DNA of 64,000 nucleotides from Microgenomates group bacterium GW2011_GWF2_46_18 (GCA_001002415.1 LCMB01000001.1:33999-97998), one strand, 5' to 3'; shown: positions 19,562-31,494, counted from the stretch's first letter. Notes: generated by a model from the letters alone, not told the origin. Program-made: numbers and translations.

Positions 19562-21691
19562 TTATTTGTTTTCTTTGTTAATAATTTTTTCGGCAATGTT
19601 ACCGGGAACGGGTTCGTAGTGGGACATCTCCATATACGAATTAGCTCGACCCTGGGTCATGCTACGGAGAATTGTAACATAGCGAGAGAGTTCTGCCAAG
19701 GGAACTTGACAAAGAATAATTCTGGCATTACCTCTTTGTTCGGTATCCAAAACCTGACCACGTTTGCTAGAAACATCACCAATCACATCGCCCATAAATT
19801 CTTCGGGGGTAGTGATCTCGAGTTTCATGATGGGCTCGAGAAGGATGGGGTTCCCGGCGCGAACGGCAGATTGAAGGGCCATACTGCCGGCGATTTTAAA
19901 GGCAATTTCACTACTATCTACCTCATGGAAGGAGCCATCATAGAGCTCGACTTCTATATCAACTAGCGGATAGCCAGCGACAACGCCATTTTCCATGGCT
20001 TCTTTAATACCCTTTTCGATGGGAGTAATAAATTCTTTGGGGATAGCGCCACCCACAATCTTGTTGACAAATTGATAGCCTTCGCCACGCCCCAAAGGTT
20101 TAATCCTAATTAAACAGTGACCATATTGACCGCGGCCACCGGACTGACGAATGTATTTGCCTTCGGCTTGGGAAGGTATACTAATCGTTTCGCGGTAAGC
20201 TACTTGGGGGTCCCCGACGTTGGCTTCGACTTTGAATTCGCGTTTCATCCGGTCAACCAAGACGTCGAGCTGGAGTTCGCCCATGCCGGCGATTAGGGTT
20301 TGACCAGTTTCTTGATTGGTTTTGATTTTGAAGGTGGGGTCTTCTTCGGCCAAACGAGCTAAGGCAGTCCCCATTTTTTCCTGATCAGCTTTGGTTTTGG
20401 GTTCGATGGCGAGACTAATCACGGGTTCGGCGAAGGAAATACCTTCGAGGATAACGGGGTGCTCTTTGACACAAAGGGTGTCACCGGTACGAGTATCTTT
20501 CATCCCGACGACGCCAATAATTTCTCCGGCTTCGGCAAAAGGAACTTCTTCGCGATTATTAGCATGCATGAGAACCAAACGACCCACACGTTCGGTGACA
20601 TCACGAGTAGCGTTATAAATATAACTACCAGATTCGATTTTGCCGGAATATACTCTTAAATAGGTCAGTTTGCCAATGTGGGGATCGGCTTGAATTTTGA
20701 AAGCTAAGCCAGCAAAAGGGGCTGTCACATCGGGAGGACGAGCAACTTTTTCGTCGGAGTTCGGGACCATACCTTCGGCGGGAGGGACATCGAGGGGAGA
20801 GGGAAGATAATCAACAATCCCATCCAAAAGGGGCTGGACACCTTTGTTACGCAAGCTAGTTCCACAATAAATGGGGACGAGTTTGTAGGCGATGGTGGCT
20901 TTCCGAAGAGCTTGTTTGAGCTCAATTAAAGAGGGAACTTCCCCATTTAAATATTTTTCGAGTAAAAGATCATCAGTCTCACAGATTTGTTCAATAAGGC
21001 GGGCGCGTTCTTTGGCAATAACATCGACTAGATCGGCAGGAATATCCACGATCTCGTATTTGGCGCCAGTTTCGTCGCCAGCCCAGATGATGGCTTGCTC
21101 TTCGAGGAGCATCACCACTCCCTTAAAGGTATTTTCGGCACCAATGGGGTAGGTAACGATGGCGGTTTTGACACCTAATTTATCTTCAACATCGGCCAAG
21201 GTGGCTTTAAAGTCGGCCCCTAATTTGTCCATTTTGTTGACGAAACAAATCCGGGGAACTTTGTATTTGTCGGCTTGGCGCCAGACGGTTTCGGATTGAG
21301 ATTGGACCCCTTCTTCGGCGTCGAGAACGGTGACCCCTCCATCTAAAACCCGGAGTGAGCGCTCAACTTCGGCGGTGAAGTCGACGTGTCCGGGAGTATC
21401 AATCAGGTTGATACGGTATTTGTCAGAGAAAAGACTTTTGGGAAGTTGGGGAGTCCAGAAAGTGGTGGTGGCGGCAGAGACGATGGTAATCCCCCGCTCT
21501 TTCTCTTGCTCCATCCAGTCCATCTGGGTGTTGCCTTCGTCGATATCACCAATTTTGTAGGATTTGCCGGTGTAGAAAAGGATGCGTTCACTAGTCGTGG
21601 TTTTGCCAGCGTCGATATGGGCGATAATGCCAATATTTCTAATCTTGTCCATGGCCAGTTCGCGGTCGGCGGTTTTGACGAGTTGAGACAT
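19562..21691 (-). CDS. fusA: Elongation factor G
   Basis: [39 protein letters not shown]. Confidence 0.99.
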   Translation of the reverse strand: MSQLVKTADRELAMDKIRNIGIIAHIDAGKTTTSERILFYTGKSYKIGDIDEGNTQMDWMEQEKERGITIVSAATTTFWTPQLPKSLFSDKYRINLIDTPGHVDFTAEVERSLRVLDGGVTVLDAEEGVQSQSETVWRQADKYKVPRICFVNKMDKLGADFKATLADVEDKLGVKTAIVTYPIGAENTFKGVVMLLEEQAIIWAGDETGAKYEIVDIPADLVDVIAKERARLIEQICETDDLLLEKYLNGEVPSLIELKQALRKATIAYKLVPIYCGTSLRNKGVQPLLDGIVDYLPSPLDVPPAEGMVPNSDEKVARPPDVTAPFAGLAFKIQADPHIGKLTYLRVYSGKIESGSYIYNATRDVTERVGRLVLMHANNREEVPFAEAGEIIGVVGMKDTRTGDTLCVKEHPVILEGISFAEPVISLAIEPKTKADQEKMGTALARLAEEDPTFKIKTNQETGQTLIAGMGELQLDVLVDRMKREFKVEANVGDPQVAYRETISIPSQAEGKYIRQSGGRGQYGHCLIRIKPLGRGEGYQFVNKIVGGAIPKEFITPIEKGIKEAMENGVVAGYPLVDIEVELYDGSFHEVDSSEIAFKIAGSMALQSAVRAGNPILLEPIMKLEITTPEEFMGDVIGDVSSKRGQVLDTEQRGNARIILCQVPLAELSRYVTILRSMTQGRANSYMEMSHYEPVPGNIAEKIINKENK

Positions 21692-21810
21692 AAATTTAGC
21701 TCAAAGTTTAAAAATGAATAAATATTACTCAAACAAATGAGGCAAGGGGTATTGTACTCTATTACCGGGGGTGAGATCAAGAGATCTTGGAAAGGTATAA
21801 TCACGGGGAT

Positions 21811-22899
21811 ATGCAGAAGAATTTTCGCCGGTTGGACGGGATGACACTACCCTACCCCCTATTCTTCCCCGACGCGACGCGGGGCGAGGTGCGACAACTC
21901 AGCTTTGAGGACGTTAAAAAGGTGGGGTTACCGGGAATACTTGTGAACACTTTCCACTTACTGAGACTTGTGGGAACCGAAAAAACTGAACTAGCGGGTG
22001 GGATTCGGTCACACTTGGGTTGGGATAAAGCCATGATCTCAGACTCGGGTGGATTCCAGATTATGTCGATTGCAAAAAAAGGAGGAGATAATAGTACTGT
22101 GACTGATAAGGGCGTGACTTTTACCATTGATGGGGTTAAACATCATTTTTCTCCCGAAGATTCGATTAAATATCAAATGGCGATGCGGACCGATTTGATG
22201 GTAGTTTTGGATGACTTTACTCCACCGGATGCGACCTACGAGGAAGCGTTGATGACCGTGAACCGCACGACGTTGTGGGCCAAGCGGTGTAAAGCGACCT
22301 ACTTGGCAGAGTGTAAACGATTAAACATACCGCGGGACCGTAGACCGTATTTGATTGGTGTCGTGCAAGGAGCCTACTTTGATGACCTGAGGATACAAAG
22401 TATTAGAGAACTAACGGAAATTGGGTTTGATGGATATGGTTATGGCGGGTGGGTGATGCGTGATGGAAAGTTCGACATTGCAACCGCAAAATTGATGGCC
22501 GATAATTTGCCAAAGGATAGTGTTCTGTATGGATTGGGGATCGGGAAGCCAGACGATATTGTGAAGTGTGTAGAACTGGGTTACCAAATATTTGATTGTG
22601 TTCTTCCTACCCGGGACGCTAGACATGGTCGACTTTATGTATATAAAGCGAAAGAGATAGAGAAAATTGATGTCTACCAAGATAGTTTTTATGAGTATTA
22701 CAATCCGAGACAAGCACAACACTTGGAAGAAAATGCGCCGGTATCAACCGCGTGTGATTGTGAGCTGTGTATGACAGTAACTAGAGCCGAACTAGCGAAA
22801 AGATGGAGAGAGCGGGATGAGCGGGTGCTTAGGCTAGCGACTATTCACAATTTGCGTTTCTACGCGATTTTGATGGAGAAACTGGGTAGCGGGAATTGA
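21811..22899 (+). CDS. tgt: tRNA-guanine transglycosylase family protein
   Basis: DSGGFQ, VQG, FDCVLPTR.ARHG, CxCxxC...HN Zn site; TATAAT 9 nt upstream of ATG 21811. Confidence 0.9.
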   Translation: MQKNFRRLDGMTLPYPLFFPDATRGEVRQLSFEDVKKVGLPGILVNTFHLLRLVGTEKTELAGGIRSHLGWDKAMISDSGGFQIMSIAKKGGDNSTVTDKGVTFTIDGVKHHFSPEDSIKYQMAMRTDLMVVLDDFTPPDATYEEALMTVNRTTLWAKRCKATYLAECKRLNIPRDRRPYLIGVVQGAYFDDLRIQSIRELTEIGFDGYGYGGWVMRDGKFDIATAKLMADNLPKDSVLYGLGIGKPDDIVKCVELGYQIFDCVLPTRDARHGRLYVYKAKEIEKIDVYQDSFYEYYNPRQAQHLEENAPVSTACDCELCMTVTRAELAKRWRERDERVLRLATIHNLRFYAILMEKLGSGN

Positions 22900-23338
22900 T
22901 GTACTCTGAGTCGAGAAAACTATCAAAGTCAAAAATTTCTATATATGCAGCGGTAAATAAAAGCTCGTCGGGAAGTTCGAATAATTCTTGAGGTTGAGCT
23001 ACCATCGTCGGGTACTTTTGGATAACTGCGCGGATTTGATGCGGATCCTCTGAATTAAAGGCTCTTAAGAGAGCGTGAAGAAAATCATTGACTTGTTCAT
23101 TACTGAATTTTCTAGAATTATCTCCGTCGTCAATGGCGGTGAGAGCTAAATTTACTGTGTGTGGATTTGACCAATTGACAACTTTCCCTTCATATACATC
23201 AAGTCGTTGGAGCCAAAAAAAAGATTCTGGCGGAAGTTCGCCGATAGCAATACGGTGAGCTAAACTACTTTTTGATTCACCATAGGCTTGGCCAATAACG
23301 CTGGGAAAAATCTTAATTTCAGAGGTAAGCTGTGACAT
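22841..23338 (-). CDS. Hypothetical protein
   Basis: 165-aa ORF filling the gap between rpsG and the tgt 3' end; no recognisable motif. Confidence 0.55.
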   Translation of the reverse strand: MSQLTSEIKIFPSVIGQAYGESKSSLAHRIAIGELPPESFFWLQRLDVYEGKVVNWSNPHTVNLALTAIDDGDNSRKFSNEQVNDFLHALLRAFNSEDPHQIRAVIQKYPTMVAQPQELFELPDELLFTAAYIEIFDFDSFLDSEYINSRYPVSPSKSRRNANCE

Positions 23339-23362
23339 GACACGTTACCGAAATAACTAGTT

Positions 23363-23839
23363 TTACCAGCGGAAGTGAGCGAAGGCTTTGTTGGCGTCAG
23401 CCATCCTATGGACATCATCGCGTTTTTTGATGGCGGCACCCGTATTGTTGTAGGCATCCATGATTTCGGCGGCGAGTTTTTCACCGAATGTGTGGTATTC
23501 GGAGTTACTGCGTTGGTTGGCATATTCGAGAAGCCAGCGAATAGAAATGGAGAATTGGCGGGTGGGAGTTACAGGGACAGGAACCTGATAAGAAGCACCA
23601 CCAACCCGGCGGGAGCGAACTTCGGTTTTGGGTTTGATGTTATTAAGAGCGGCTAACAAAATATCCAGAGGTTTTTCTTTGGTTTTTTGAGCTAAGAGTT
23701 CCAACGCTGCGTAGATTTCATGACGAGCGGCGGCTTTTTTGCCGTTTTTCATACTGCGGTTGATCAATTTTGTGACCTCGAGAGAATTGTAGCGAGAATC
23801 GGGAGATAGAGCTTTACGTTTGGCGGGTTTGGCACGCAT
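23363..23839 (-). CDS. rpsG: 30S ribosomal protein S7
   Basis: EVRSRRVGGASYQVP, MADANKAFAHFRW. Confidence 0.99.
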   Translation of the reverse strand: MRAKPAKRKALSPDSRYNSLEVTKLINRSMKNGKKAAARHEIYAALELLAQKTKEKPLDILLAALNNIKPKTEVRSRRVGGASYQVPVPVTPTRQFSISIRWLLEYANQRSNSEYHTFGEKLAAEIMDAYNNTGAAIKKRDDVHRMADANKAFAHFRW

Positions 23840-23862
23840 ATAATTTTAATTTAGGTAATAAT

Positions 23863-24276
23863 TTATTTCTTGGGGCGTTTGGTCCCGTATTTACTGCGAC
23901 TGGTCATACGTTTGTCGACTCCGGCGGTATCAAATTTGCCACGGACGATGTGATATTTGACACCCGGTAAATCTTTGACCCGACCGCCGCGAACCAAGAC
24001 AACAGAGTGTTCGGCCAGGTTGTGACCTTCACCCATAATGTAGGCAGTCACTTCTTGTTTGTTACTAAGCCGGACACGTGCGACTTTACGCAGAGCGGAG
24101 TTAGGTTTTTTGGGGGTCATGGTTTTGACGATGGTACAAACTCCCCGTTTTTGAGGAGAAGGATACTCGACCATTTTGCGGGTTTTGGCGTTGTAACCAC
24201 GACGCAAGGCACTCCCCTTTTTCTTTTTGAGTTTAAACTTGCGGCCGATTCTAACTAGTTGATTGACGGTTGGCAT
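23863..24276 (-). CDS. rpsL: 30S ribosomal protein S12
   Basis: [18 protein letters not shown]. Confidence 0.99.
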   Translation of the reverse strand: MPTVNQLVRIGRKFKLKKKKGSALRRGYNAKTRKMVEYPSPQKRGVCTIVKTMTPKKPNSALRKVARVRLSNKQEVTAYIMGEGHNLAEHSVVLVRGGRVKDLPGVKYHIVRGKFDTAGVDKRMTSRSKYGTKRPKK

Positions 24277-24283
24277 AAGTTCC

Positions 24284-27200
24284 TTATTCTAACACAACAG
24301 CCTGGGGCTCGGTAGGGATAAGCCGGCCAATAATAACGTTTTCCTTGAGGCCAAGGAGTTGATCGACCTTACCTTCCATGGCCGCATCGGAGAGAACATT
24401 GGTGGTTTGTTCGAACGAGGCTGCCGAGAGCCAGGATTGAGTATGAAGAGCGGCGCGAGTGACACCCAACATGACGGCGGTTGCTGTCGCGGGTTCGCCG
24501 CCTTCGGCGACCACCCCATTGTTGATATTTTCGAAAGTATAACGATCGATAATTTCACCGGTGATTAAATTGGTGTCACCTGACTCTTCAATCTTGACTT
24601 TGTTACTCATCTCGCGCAAGACAACTTCGAAGTGTTTGTCGGAAATCGGGATACCCTGAGATTCGTAAACAGCCTGGACTTCTTGGATCAGGTACTCTTG
24701 GCAAGCCAACATGCCACGAACGCGCAGAACTTCTTGGATGTTTTGCGGTCCTTGAGCAAGAGCGTCTCCCGCACTAATTAAGTCTTTGTCTTTGACGGCG
24801 AGAGTTAAGGTAGCGGGAACAAAATGTTCTTCTTTGGTTTCCCCACCTTTTTCCTGAATGGTCACTTTGGTGCCGTCGGCAACAGATTCGAGACTGACTT
24901 TACCAGAAATGGTCGAGAGAGGTGCCATGACTTTGGGGGTTCTAGCTTCGAAAAGCTCTTCGACGCGAGGCAAACCTTGGGTCACGTCCAAACCAACAAT
25001 ACCACCGGCGTGTTTGACCCGCATGGTTAACTGAGTTCCTGGTTCACCAATACTTTGGGCGGCGATAACCCCGACTGGAACACCGAGTTCAACGAGTTTG
25101 CGAGTACCAAAGTCCCAGCCGTAACAAGCGGCACACAAGCCATAACTGGCTTGGCAAGTTAAGGGAGAGCGAATTTCGATACTAGTAACCCCGGCTTCGA
25201 GGAAGCGAGCGGAGAGAGCGTCATCGATAAGTTCACCTTTTTTTGCGAGAGTGGTTTTTTTGCGCGGATCTTTAACAGCTTTGGCCAAAGTCCGACCCAG
25301 AACGCGTTTTTCGAATTGTTTGCCGCGAAGTCCGGTTGCGGGAATAATGAGAGAGTTAGTAGTACCACAATCATCTTCGCGAATGATGGAGGTATGAGAG
25401 ACATCTACCAAGCGACGAGTCAGGTAACCAGCATCGGCAGTTTTGAGAGCTGAGTCAGTTAAGCCTTTACGAGAACCACGACTAGAAGTCACATATTCAA
25501 AGATCGAGAGACCTTCGCGGAAGTTACTTTTGGTCGGCATTTCCACAATTTTGCCCAAAGGATCAACCACCAATCCACGCATGGCAGAGAGCTGCTTGAC
25601 TTGGTCACGAGAGGCCCGAGTACCACCAGAGTCAATGATAATTTTGACGGCGTTACGTTCGTCGAATTTTTCCCAGGTGGCAGTCGCAATCTCTTCGGTG
25701 GTTTCCATCCAGACTTCAAAGGACAAGCGGCGCTTTTCTTCTTCGGTGATTAACCCCTGGTTAAACGTCTCGAGGATTTGGTTAACACGCGAATCGGCCG
25801 CTTTGATCATCTGATCTTTGTTGGCGACCATAATATTATCGGGAACAGAAACTGAGAGACCGGAAGTAGTTAGGTATTGGAAACCAATGGTCTTAATTTG
25901 GTCAACTAGAGCAGCAACGGAAGAATTATCGAAGAGGCGAATAGCTTCTTTGATGAGATCGGTAATTTTTTTCGCGTTAATACTCTCATTGATAAAGCGT
26001 AATTGTTCGGGAATCGCGGCGTTGAAAATTAAGCGGCCGACAGAAGTTTCGATGATTTGGCCGTTAAGACGAATTTTAATGGGTTGGCGAAGATTAATTT
26101 TGCCGGCTTCGCGGGCGGCGTAGGCTTCACTCGAATCAGCAAAAATACTGGGAGCGGTTTTTAAATCAGGGTCAAAACTGGTTAAGTAATAACAACCCAG
26201 CGCCATCTCTTTGTTGGGGACGGTGATCGGACTGCCATTGGCGGGCTTGAGGAGGTTATTTTCGGCCAACATGCGTAACTTGGCTTCTTCGACAGCGGTA
26301 GTACTGAGCGGGACATGGACGGCCATTTGGTCACCATCAAAGTCGGCGTTATAACCAGCACAAACACAAGGATGGAGCTGAATGGCGTTGCCTTCGATGA
26401 GGACCGGATAAAAAGCTTGAATACCTAATTTATGAAGAGTGGGGGCGCGGTTAAGAAGGACGGGATGATTTTTGGTAATGCGCTCGAGAATATCAAAAAC
26501 TAAGGGGTCTTTGCGTTCGATCGCGTGCTTGGCACTTTTGACGTTGGGGGCGGTGCCTTCGGCAATTAATTCACGCAAGACAAAGGGTTTGAACATTTCC
26601 AAAGCCATATCTTTGGGAAGACCACATTCTTTGAGGGAAAGTTCGGGACCAACCACGATGACGGAACGACCGGAGTAGTCGACACGTTTGCCGAGCAAGT
26701 TTTGGCGGAAACGACCTTGTTTGCCGGAGAGCATGTCGGAAAGGGAGCGCAAGGGTTTAACCACGCGGCGGCGAGTAGTTTTGGCTTGAGAAGCATCAAT
26801 TAGGGAATCGACAGCTTCTTGAAGCATGCGTTTTTCGTTGCGCAAGATAATTTCGGGAGCGCCGAGATCGATTAAGTGTTTGAGGCGATTATTACGATTG
26901 ATAACGCGACGATACAAGTCATTTAAATCACTGCTAGCAAAACGGCCGCCAGAGAGCTGGACCATGGGGCGGAGTTCGGGGGGGAGAACGGGGAGAACTT
27001 GGAGAACCATCCAGGAGGGAGAGAGGCCGGCGTTCTTGAGTCCATCGACCACTTTGAGCCGCTTGGCAAGTTTGCCTTTTTTGAGAAGAGTAGTTTCAAC
27101 TTTGAGATCATCTTTGAGATCTTTGCTGAGTTTTTGGAGATCAACCGTACCCAAAAATTCCAAAATGGCCTCGGCACCCATCCCAACTTTGAGGTGAACG

Positions 27201-27925
27201 GTAGCTTCGTATTCTTCGAGTTTGAGGAATTCGTCTTCGGAAATAACGGTGCCGGGAGTAATGCGGCGCGCTAAAGCGGTTACAGTTTTGTAAATTTCTT
27301 CGAGAGAATCTTTGTCGGCAACGAGACTGGCACGGAGAGATTCAATAGTCTTTTTGACGGAGAGTTTCTCTCCGTCTGTCGCAGTTTTAGTGAGAGAATT
27401 TTTCAGTTTTTCTAGTTCGGCTTTGATCTTGTCTTCGAGCTCGGAAATGGCAGCGGATTTTTTGGCGGCGAGAGCTTCGACAACCTGAGAACGAGCATCT
27501 TTGTCGACTCCGAGCACCAAATATTTAGAGAAGTAAACAACAGCGGAGAGAGATTTGGGGGCGACATTCATCAAAAGAGAGAGTTTGCTGGGAGCCCCTT
27601 TAAAGTACCAAATATGAGCTACGGGAGCGGCTAAGTTAATGTGACCCATGCGTTCACGACGAACGCGGGATTGGGTGACTTCAACACCACATTTGTCACA
27701 AACGATACCGCGATAACGAATCCGTTTGTATTTGCCACAGTAACATTCATAGTCTTTGGTTGGACCAAAAATACGTTCACAGAAGAGACCATCTTTTTCT
27801 GGTTTAAGGGTGCGATAATTGATGGTTTCGGGTTTGATAACTTCGCCAAAACTCCAGGCACGAATCGTGTCAGGAGAAGCCAGCTGAATTTTTAGTCCTT
27901 TGAAGTCGAGAATGTTTTTGATCAT
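24284..27925 (-). CDS. rpoC: RNA polymerase beta' subunit
   Basis: NADFDGD catalytic motif, N-terminal Zn finger, [14 protein letters not shown]. Confidence 0.99.
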   Translation of the reverse strand: MIKNILDFKGLKIQLASPDTIRAWSFGEVIKPETINYRTLKPEKDGLFCERIFGPTKDYECYCGKYKRIRYRGIVCDKCGVEVTQSRVRRERMGHINLAAPVAHIWYFKGAPSKLSLLMNVAPKSLSAVVYFSKYLVLGVDKDARSQVVEALAAKKSAAISELEDKIKAELEKLKNSLTKTATDGEKLSVKKTIESLRASLVADKDSLEEIYKTVTALARRITPGTVISEDEFLKLEEYEATVHLKVGMGAEAILEFLGTVDLQKLSKDLKDDLKVETTLLKKGKLAKRLKVVDGLKNAGLSPSWMVLQVLPVLPPELRPMVQLSGGRFASSDLNDLYRRVINRNNRLKHLIDLGAPEIILRNEKRMLQEAVDSLIDASQAKTTRRRVVKPLRSLSDMLSGKQGRFRQNLLGKRVDYSGRSVIVVGPELSLKECGLPKDMALEMFKPFVLRELIAEGTAPNVKSAKHAIERKDPLVFDILERITKNHPVLLNRAPTLHKLGIQAFYPVLIEGNAIQLHPCVCAGYNADFDGDQMAVHVPLSTTAVEEAKLRMLAENNLLKPANGSPITVPNKEMALGCYYLTSFDPDLKTAPSIFADSSEAYAAREAGKINLRQPIKIRLNGQIIETSVGRLIFNAAIPEQLRFINESINAKKITDLIKEAIRLFDNSSVAALVDQIKTIGFQYLTTSGLSVSVPDNIMVANKDQMIKAADSRVNQILETFNQGLITEEEKRRLSFEVWMETTEEIATATWEKFDERNAVKIIIDSGGTRASRDQVKQLSAMRGLVVDPLGKIVEMPTKSNFREGLSIFEYVTSSRGSRKGLTDSALKTADAGYLTRRLVDVSHTSIIREDDCGTTNSLIIPATGLRGKQFEKRVLGRTLAKAVKDPRKKTTLAKKGELIDDALSARFLEAGVTSIEIRSPLTCQASYGLCAACYGWDFGTRKLVELGVPVGVIAAQSIGEPGTQLTMRVKHAGGIVGLDVTQGLPRVEELFEARTPKVMAPLSTISGKVSLESVADGTKVTIQEKGGETKEEHFVPATLTLAVKDKDLISAGDALAQGPQNIQEVLRVRGMLACQEYLIQEVQAVYESQGIPISDKHFEVVLREMSNKVKIEESGDTNLITGEIIDRYTFENINNGVVAEGGEPATATAVMLGVTRAALHTQSWLSAASFEQTTNVLSDAAMEGKVDQLLGLKENVIIGRLIPTEPQAVVLE

Positions 27926-30900
27926 AATTCAGTCTCCTTTTTGAGTTCTTCGTCCGTTGGTCCCTCAATGTCGTCGAGATTGGTGGTGGGAGTTGGTTCG
28001 GTGGACGAGTCGGCGGGAGCGGCTTCGGCAACACTGGGAGGGGTAGCTTCGTCGTCGACAAGAACTTGTTTGTCTTTTTCGATTTCGTCGATATCTTCTT
28101 CGGGAACAAGCACTTCTTTAGGTTCGACAGGAATAACATCGAGACCTAGTGAATTGAGTTCTTTGAGTAAGACTTTAAACGATTCCGGAACGGTACTTTC
28201 GGGGATTTCCACACCCTTGACGATGGCTTCGAAGGCTTTGGCACGGCCCACAAGATCATCAGATTTGATCGTGAGCATTTCTTGCAAGACATGAGCGGCA
28301 CGGTGAGATTCGAGAGCCCAGACTTCCATTTCTCCGAGTCGTTGACCACCCATTTGAGCTTTACCACCCAAGGGTTGTTGCGTTACCAAAGAGTATGGAC
28401 CAGTTGAGCGAGCGTGGGTCTTGTCTTCGACCATGTGAATAAGTTTGAGAATGTAGCCGGTACCAACGGTCGTATCTTTGTCAAAGGGAAGACCAGTCCG
28501 GCCGTCGTACAGGCGGGTTTTGCCAGAGATAGGAAGGTGGGCTTTTTCCAATTCGGCGGTAATTTTGGCTTCGGCAATGGGTTCAAAAACGGGAAGAGCG
28601 ACTTGATAGCCAAGTTTGCTGGCGGCCCAACCCAAGTGGGCTTCAAGCAATTGGCCAAGGTTCATACGGGCAAGGACGGAGAGAGGAGAGATAATAATGT
28701 CGACGGGAGTTCCATCGGCAAGGTAGGGCATGTCGGAAGTAGGAATGATCCGGGAGATAACACCTTTATTCCCGTGGCGGCCCGCCAATTTGTCACCCAC
28801 GGTGACTTTTCTGATTTGAGCTACTTTAATCTTGACGGTTTGGAGAACGCCGGGATCAAGTTCATCTCCTTCTTCGCGGTTAAGAATGGCAATATCAATG
28901 ACAGTTCCAGATTCGCCATTGGGCATTCTGAGACTGGTATCACGCACTTCACGAGCTTTTTCACCAAAGATGGCACGGAGCAGGCGCTCTTCGGCGGTTA
29001 ATTCCGTCTCGCCTTTGGGGGCAATTTTGCCAACTAAGATGTCGTTACCGGTTACTTCGGCACCAACAACTACAATTCCGTCTTCGCCAAGATTACGCAG
29101 ATCGTGTTCTGACACGTTAGGGATATCACGGGTTAGTTCTTCGGCACCCAGTTTGGTGTCCATGACGGCAGATTCGTATTCATTAATATGGATACTAGTT
29201 AAGACATCTTCTTTGACGAGGCGATCGGAGATAATGATGGCGTCTTCGTAGCCTAAACCCATGAAAGAAGCGTAGGCGATGGTTAAGTTGCGACCGAGAG
29301 CAAGTTCTCCTTGATCAGCGGCGGGGCCATCGATTAAAAGGTCACCGAGTTTGATTTTATCGCCAACTTTCACGACTGGTTTTTGGTTGTAGCAGGTGGA
29401 GCCGGCAGTGCGATGAAATTTAATCAAGGAATAAATTGCTTTACCCTTTTCGAGTTTGATTTGTTCGCTTTCGGCGGAAGTGGATTTTTTGGCTTTGTCG
29501 TAATCGGTTTTACTTAACGTAAGTTCGATTTTGTTGGCGTCAACGTAGGAAACAGTCCCCGCATGACGAGCACGGACGACCCAATTCATACTTTCCGCCA
29601 CAGCTCCCTCCATACCGGTTCCCACAATGGGAGCTTCGGGACGGACCAAGGGGACAGCTTGACACTGCATGTGAGTACCCATCAAAGCACGGTTGGCTTC
29701 GTCATGAGCAATAAAGGGAATAAGTGAGGCTGAGGTCCCGACCACTTGGCGAGGAATGACATCAATATATTGAACTTGGTTGGCTGGAACCTCGATAAAA
29801 TTACCGTGATAACGGGCGGGAACCCAGGACTCAATAATTTCGTCTTTATCGCTTAAGGCGATGCCGGAGTGAGTGATGTAGTAATTTTGTTCGTCATCGG
29901 GAGCTAGGTAGACCATTTTGTTGGTAACAGTCATTTTGGTTTTGCCACCCTTTTTCACGGCCACAACTTCACGGTAGGGAGTTTCCAGAAAACCGTATTC
30001 GTTGACGCGAGAGTAGAGGGAGAGATAGGTAACCAAGCCGATGTTGGGGCCTTCGGGTGAGCGAACTGGACAAATCCGACCGTATTGACTGGCGTTGATA
30101 TCGCGCATACTAAAGCTAGCGCGTTCGCGAGTAACACCACCAGTACCCATGACGGAGAGACGACGAAGATTATCGATTTCGGCTAAGGGATTGGTTTGAT
30201 CAAGAATGGTGGAGAGGCGGTTGCGACGGAAAAACTCACTAATGGTGGCGATCACGGGACGGGCATTAATGAGTTGAACGGGGGTAATAGATTCTTCGGG
30301 TTTAACCAAGGACATTTTTTCTTTGATACTGCGCTCCAGGCGGAGCAGACCGATACGGAAGGCAGTGGCACCTAAGAGTTCTCCGACACGGCGCACTCGG
30401 CGATTGCCCAAGTGATCGATGTCGTCGACAGAGCCAACCCCGTTTTGCAAACCAATCAAATATTTGATCATCGCGATCAAATCGGTCTTTTGGAGGACGT
30501 GGTTATCGGGAATGTTTTTGATGTCAAGATCGAGCTTTTTGTTGAGTTTGTAACGGCCGACACTTTCTAGATCGTAGCGGCGAGCATCAAAGAAACTTTG
30601 GAAGAAAAGATTTTTGGCGTTTTCGAGAACGGCTGGTTCACCAGGTCTAATTTTGTCGTAAAGGTCGAGTAGAGCTTCGGCTTGAGTGTGGCAGGGATCT
30701 TTGGCTAAAGTGGCAAAAATGTATTGATGGTCGGGATTATTGTCGACGTCTTTGAAAAGAGCTTTAATCTCTTCGTCATCGACGATACCGAGGGCACGCA
30801 GGAGTGTAGTGACATAAAATTTGCGATGGCGATCGATTTTGGCAGTTAGGACGTCGTTTTTACCCACGGTCATCTCGAGCCAGCTACCACGCATGGGGCG

Positions 30901-31368
30901 GAGTTCGGCACTATAGAGGACACGACCAGTGGTCGGATCAAGACTACCGGCGTAGAAAACACCGGGAGCGCGGACTAATTGATTGACTACACAGCGTTCG
31001 ATACCCGAAACAACGAATGTGCCACGTTCGGTCATTTTGGGAATGTCACCCAAGAAAACGTCTTGTTCGATTTCATCACCGGTCACTTTGTTGACCAGGC
31101 GAACTTTGACACGCAGGGGCATGTCATAACTAAGACCTTTAATGACGGCGGATTTGACCGTTAGTTTGGGTTCTTCGAAATAGTGAGAGAGAAAAGAAAG
31201 TTCCCAGGTTTTGCCGGTAAAGTCGAGGATCGGACTAATTTCACGGAGGTATTTGGCGATATCATGCTTGAGAAAACGGTCGTAAGATTCTTGTTGGACA
31301 AAAGTTAAATCGAGGGAGGGAAGGTTGATACCTTGCTTGCCCCAATACTGTCTTTTAGCCTTTGACAT
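27922..31368 (-). CDS. rpoB: RNA polymerase beta subunit
   Basis: GDKLAGRHGNKGV, GGQRLGEME, DDIDHLGNRR. Confidence 0.99.
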   Translation of the reverse strand: MSKAKRQYWGKQGINLPSLDLTFVQQESYDRFLKHDIAKYLREISPILDFTGKTWELSFLSHYFEEPKLTVKSAVIKGLSYDMPLRVKVRLVNKVTGDEIEQDVFLGDIPKMTERGTFVVSGIERCVVNQLVRAPGVFYAGSLDPTTGRVLYSAELRPMRGSWLEMTVGKNDVLTAKIDRHRKFYVTTLLRALGIVDDEEIKALFKDVDNNPDHQYIFATLAKDPCHTQAEALLDLYDKIRPGEPAVLENAKNLFFQSFFDARRYDLESVGRYKLNKKLDLDIKNIPDNHVLQKTDLIAMIKYLIGLQNGVGSVDDIDHLGNRRVRRVGELLGATAFRIGLLRLERSIKEKMSLVKPEESITPVQLINARPVIATISEFFRRNRLSTILDQTNPLAEIDNLRRLSVMGTGGVTRERASFSMRDINASQYGRICPVRSPEGPNIGLVTYLSLYSRVNEYGFLETPYREVVAVKKGGKTKMTVTNKMVYLAPDDEQNYYITHSGIALSDKDEIIESWVPARYHGNFIEVPANQVQYIDVIPRQVVGTSASLIPFIAHDEANRALMGTHMQCQAVPLVRPEAPIVGTGMEGAVAESMNWVVRARHAGTVSYVDANKIELTLSKTDYDKAKKSTSAESEQIKLEKGKAIYSLIKFHRTAGSTCYNQKPVVKVGDKIKLGDLLIDGPAADQGELALGRNLTIAYASFMGLGYEDAIIISDRLVKEDVLTSIHINEYESAVMDTKLGAEELTRDIPNVSEHDLRNLGEDGIVVVGAEVTGNDILVGKIAPKGETELTAEERLLRAIFGEKAREVRDTSLRMPNGESGTVIDIAILNREEGDELDPGVLQTVKIKVAQIRKVTVGDKLAGRHGNKGVISRIIPTSDMPYLADGTPVDIIISPLSVLARMNLGQLLEAHLGWAASKLGYQVALPVFEPIAEAKITAELEKAHLPISGKTRLYDGRTGLPFDKDTTVGTGYILKLIHMVEDKTHARSTGPYSLVTQQPLGGKAQMGGQRLGEMEVWALESHRAAHVLQEMLTIKSDDLVGRAKAFEAIVKGVEIPESTVPESFKVLLKELNSLGLDVIPVEPKEVLVPEEDIDEIEKDKQVLVDDEATPPSVAEAAPADSSTEPTPTTNLDDIEGPTDEELKKETEL

Positions 31369-31382
31369 GGAGTTCCCCTCTA

Positions 31383-31437
31383 TTTATATGGCCGCCAAAT
31401 ATAAAAATGGACGTACGGACAAGCCCTGTACGCCCAC
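31383..31437 (-). terminator. Terminator-like hairpin in the rpoB leader
   Basis: Minus strand GTGGGCGTAC-11 nt-GTACGTCCAT followed by TTTT; putative TTGACG/TTAAAT promoter upstream. Confidence 0.5.
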
Positions 31438-31494
31438 GTTAGATTCCCACGGGCGAGTGGTATTTAACCACACTCGATGAGCATTCGTCAATAG

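Noticed and set aside
21811..22899. dpd DNA-modification island
   Set aside because: No dpdB-K or preQ0 synthesis genes nearby; the motifs fit tRNA-type TGT
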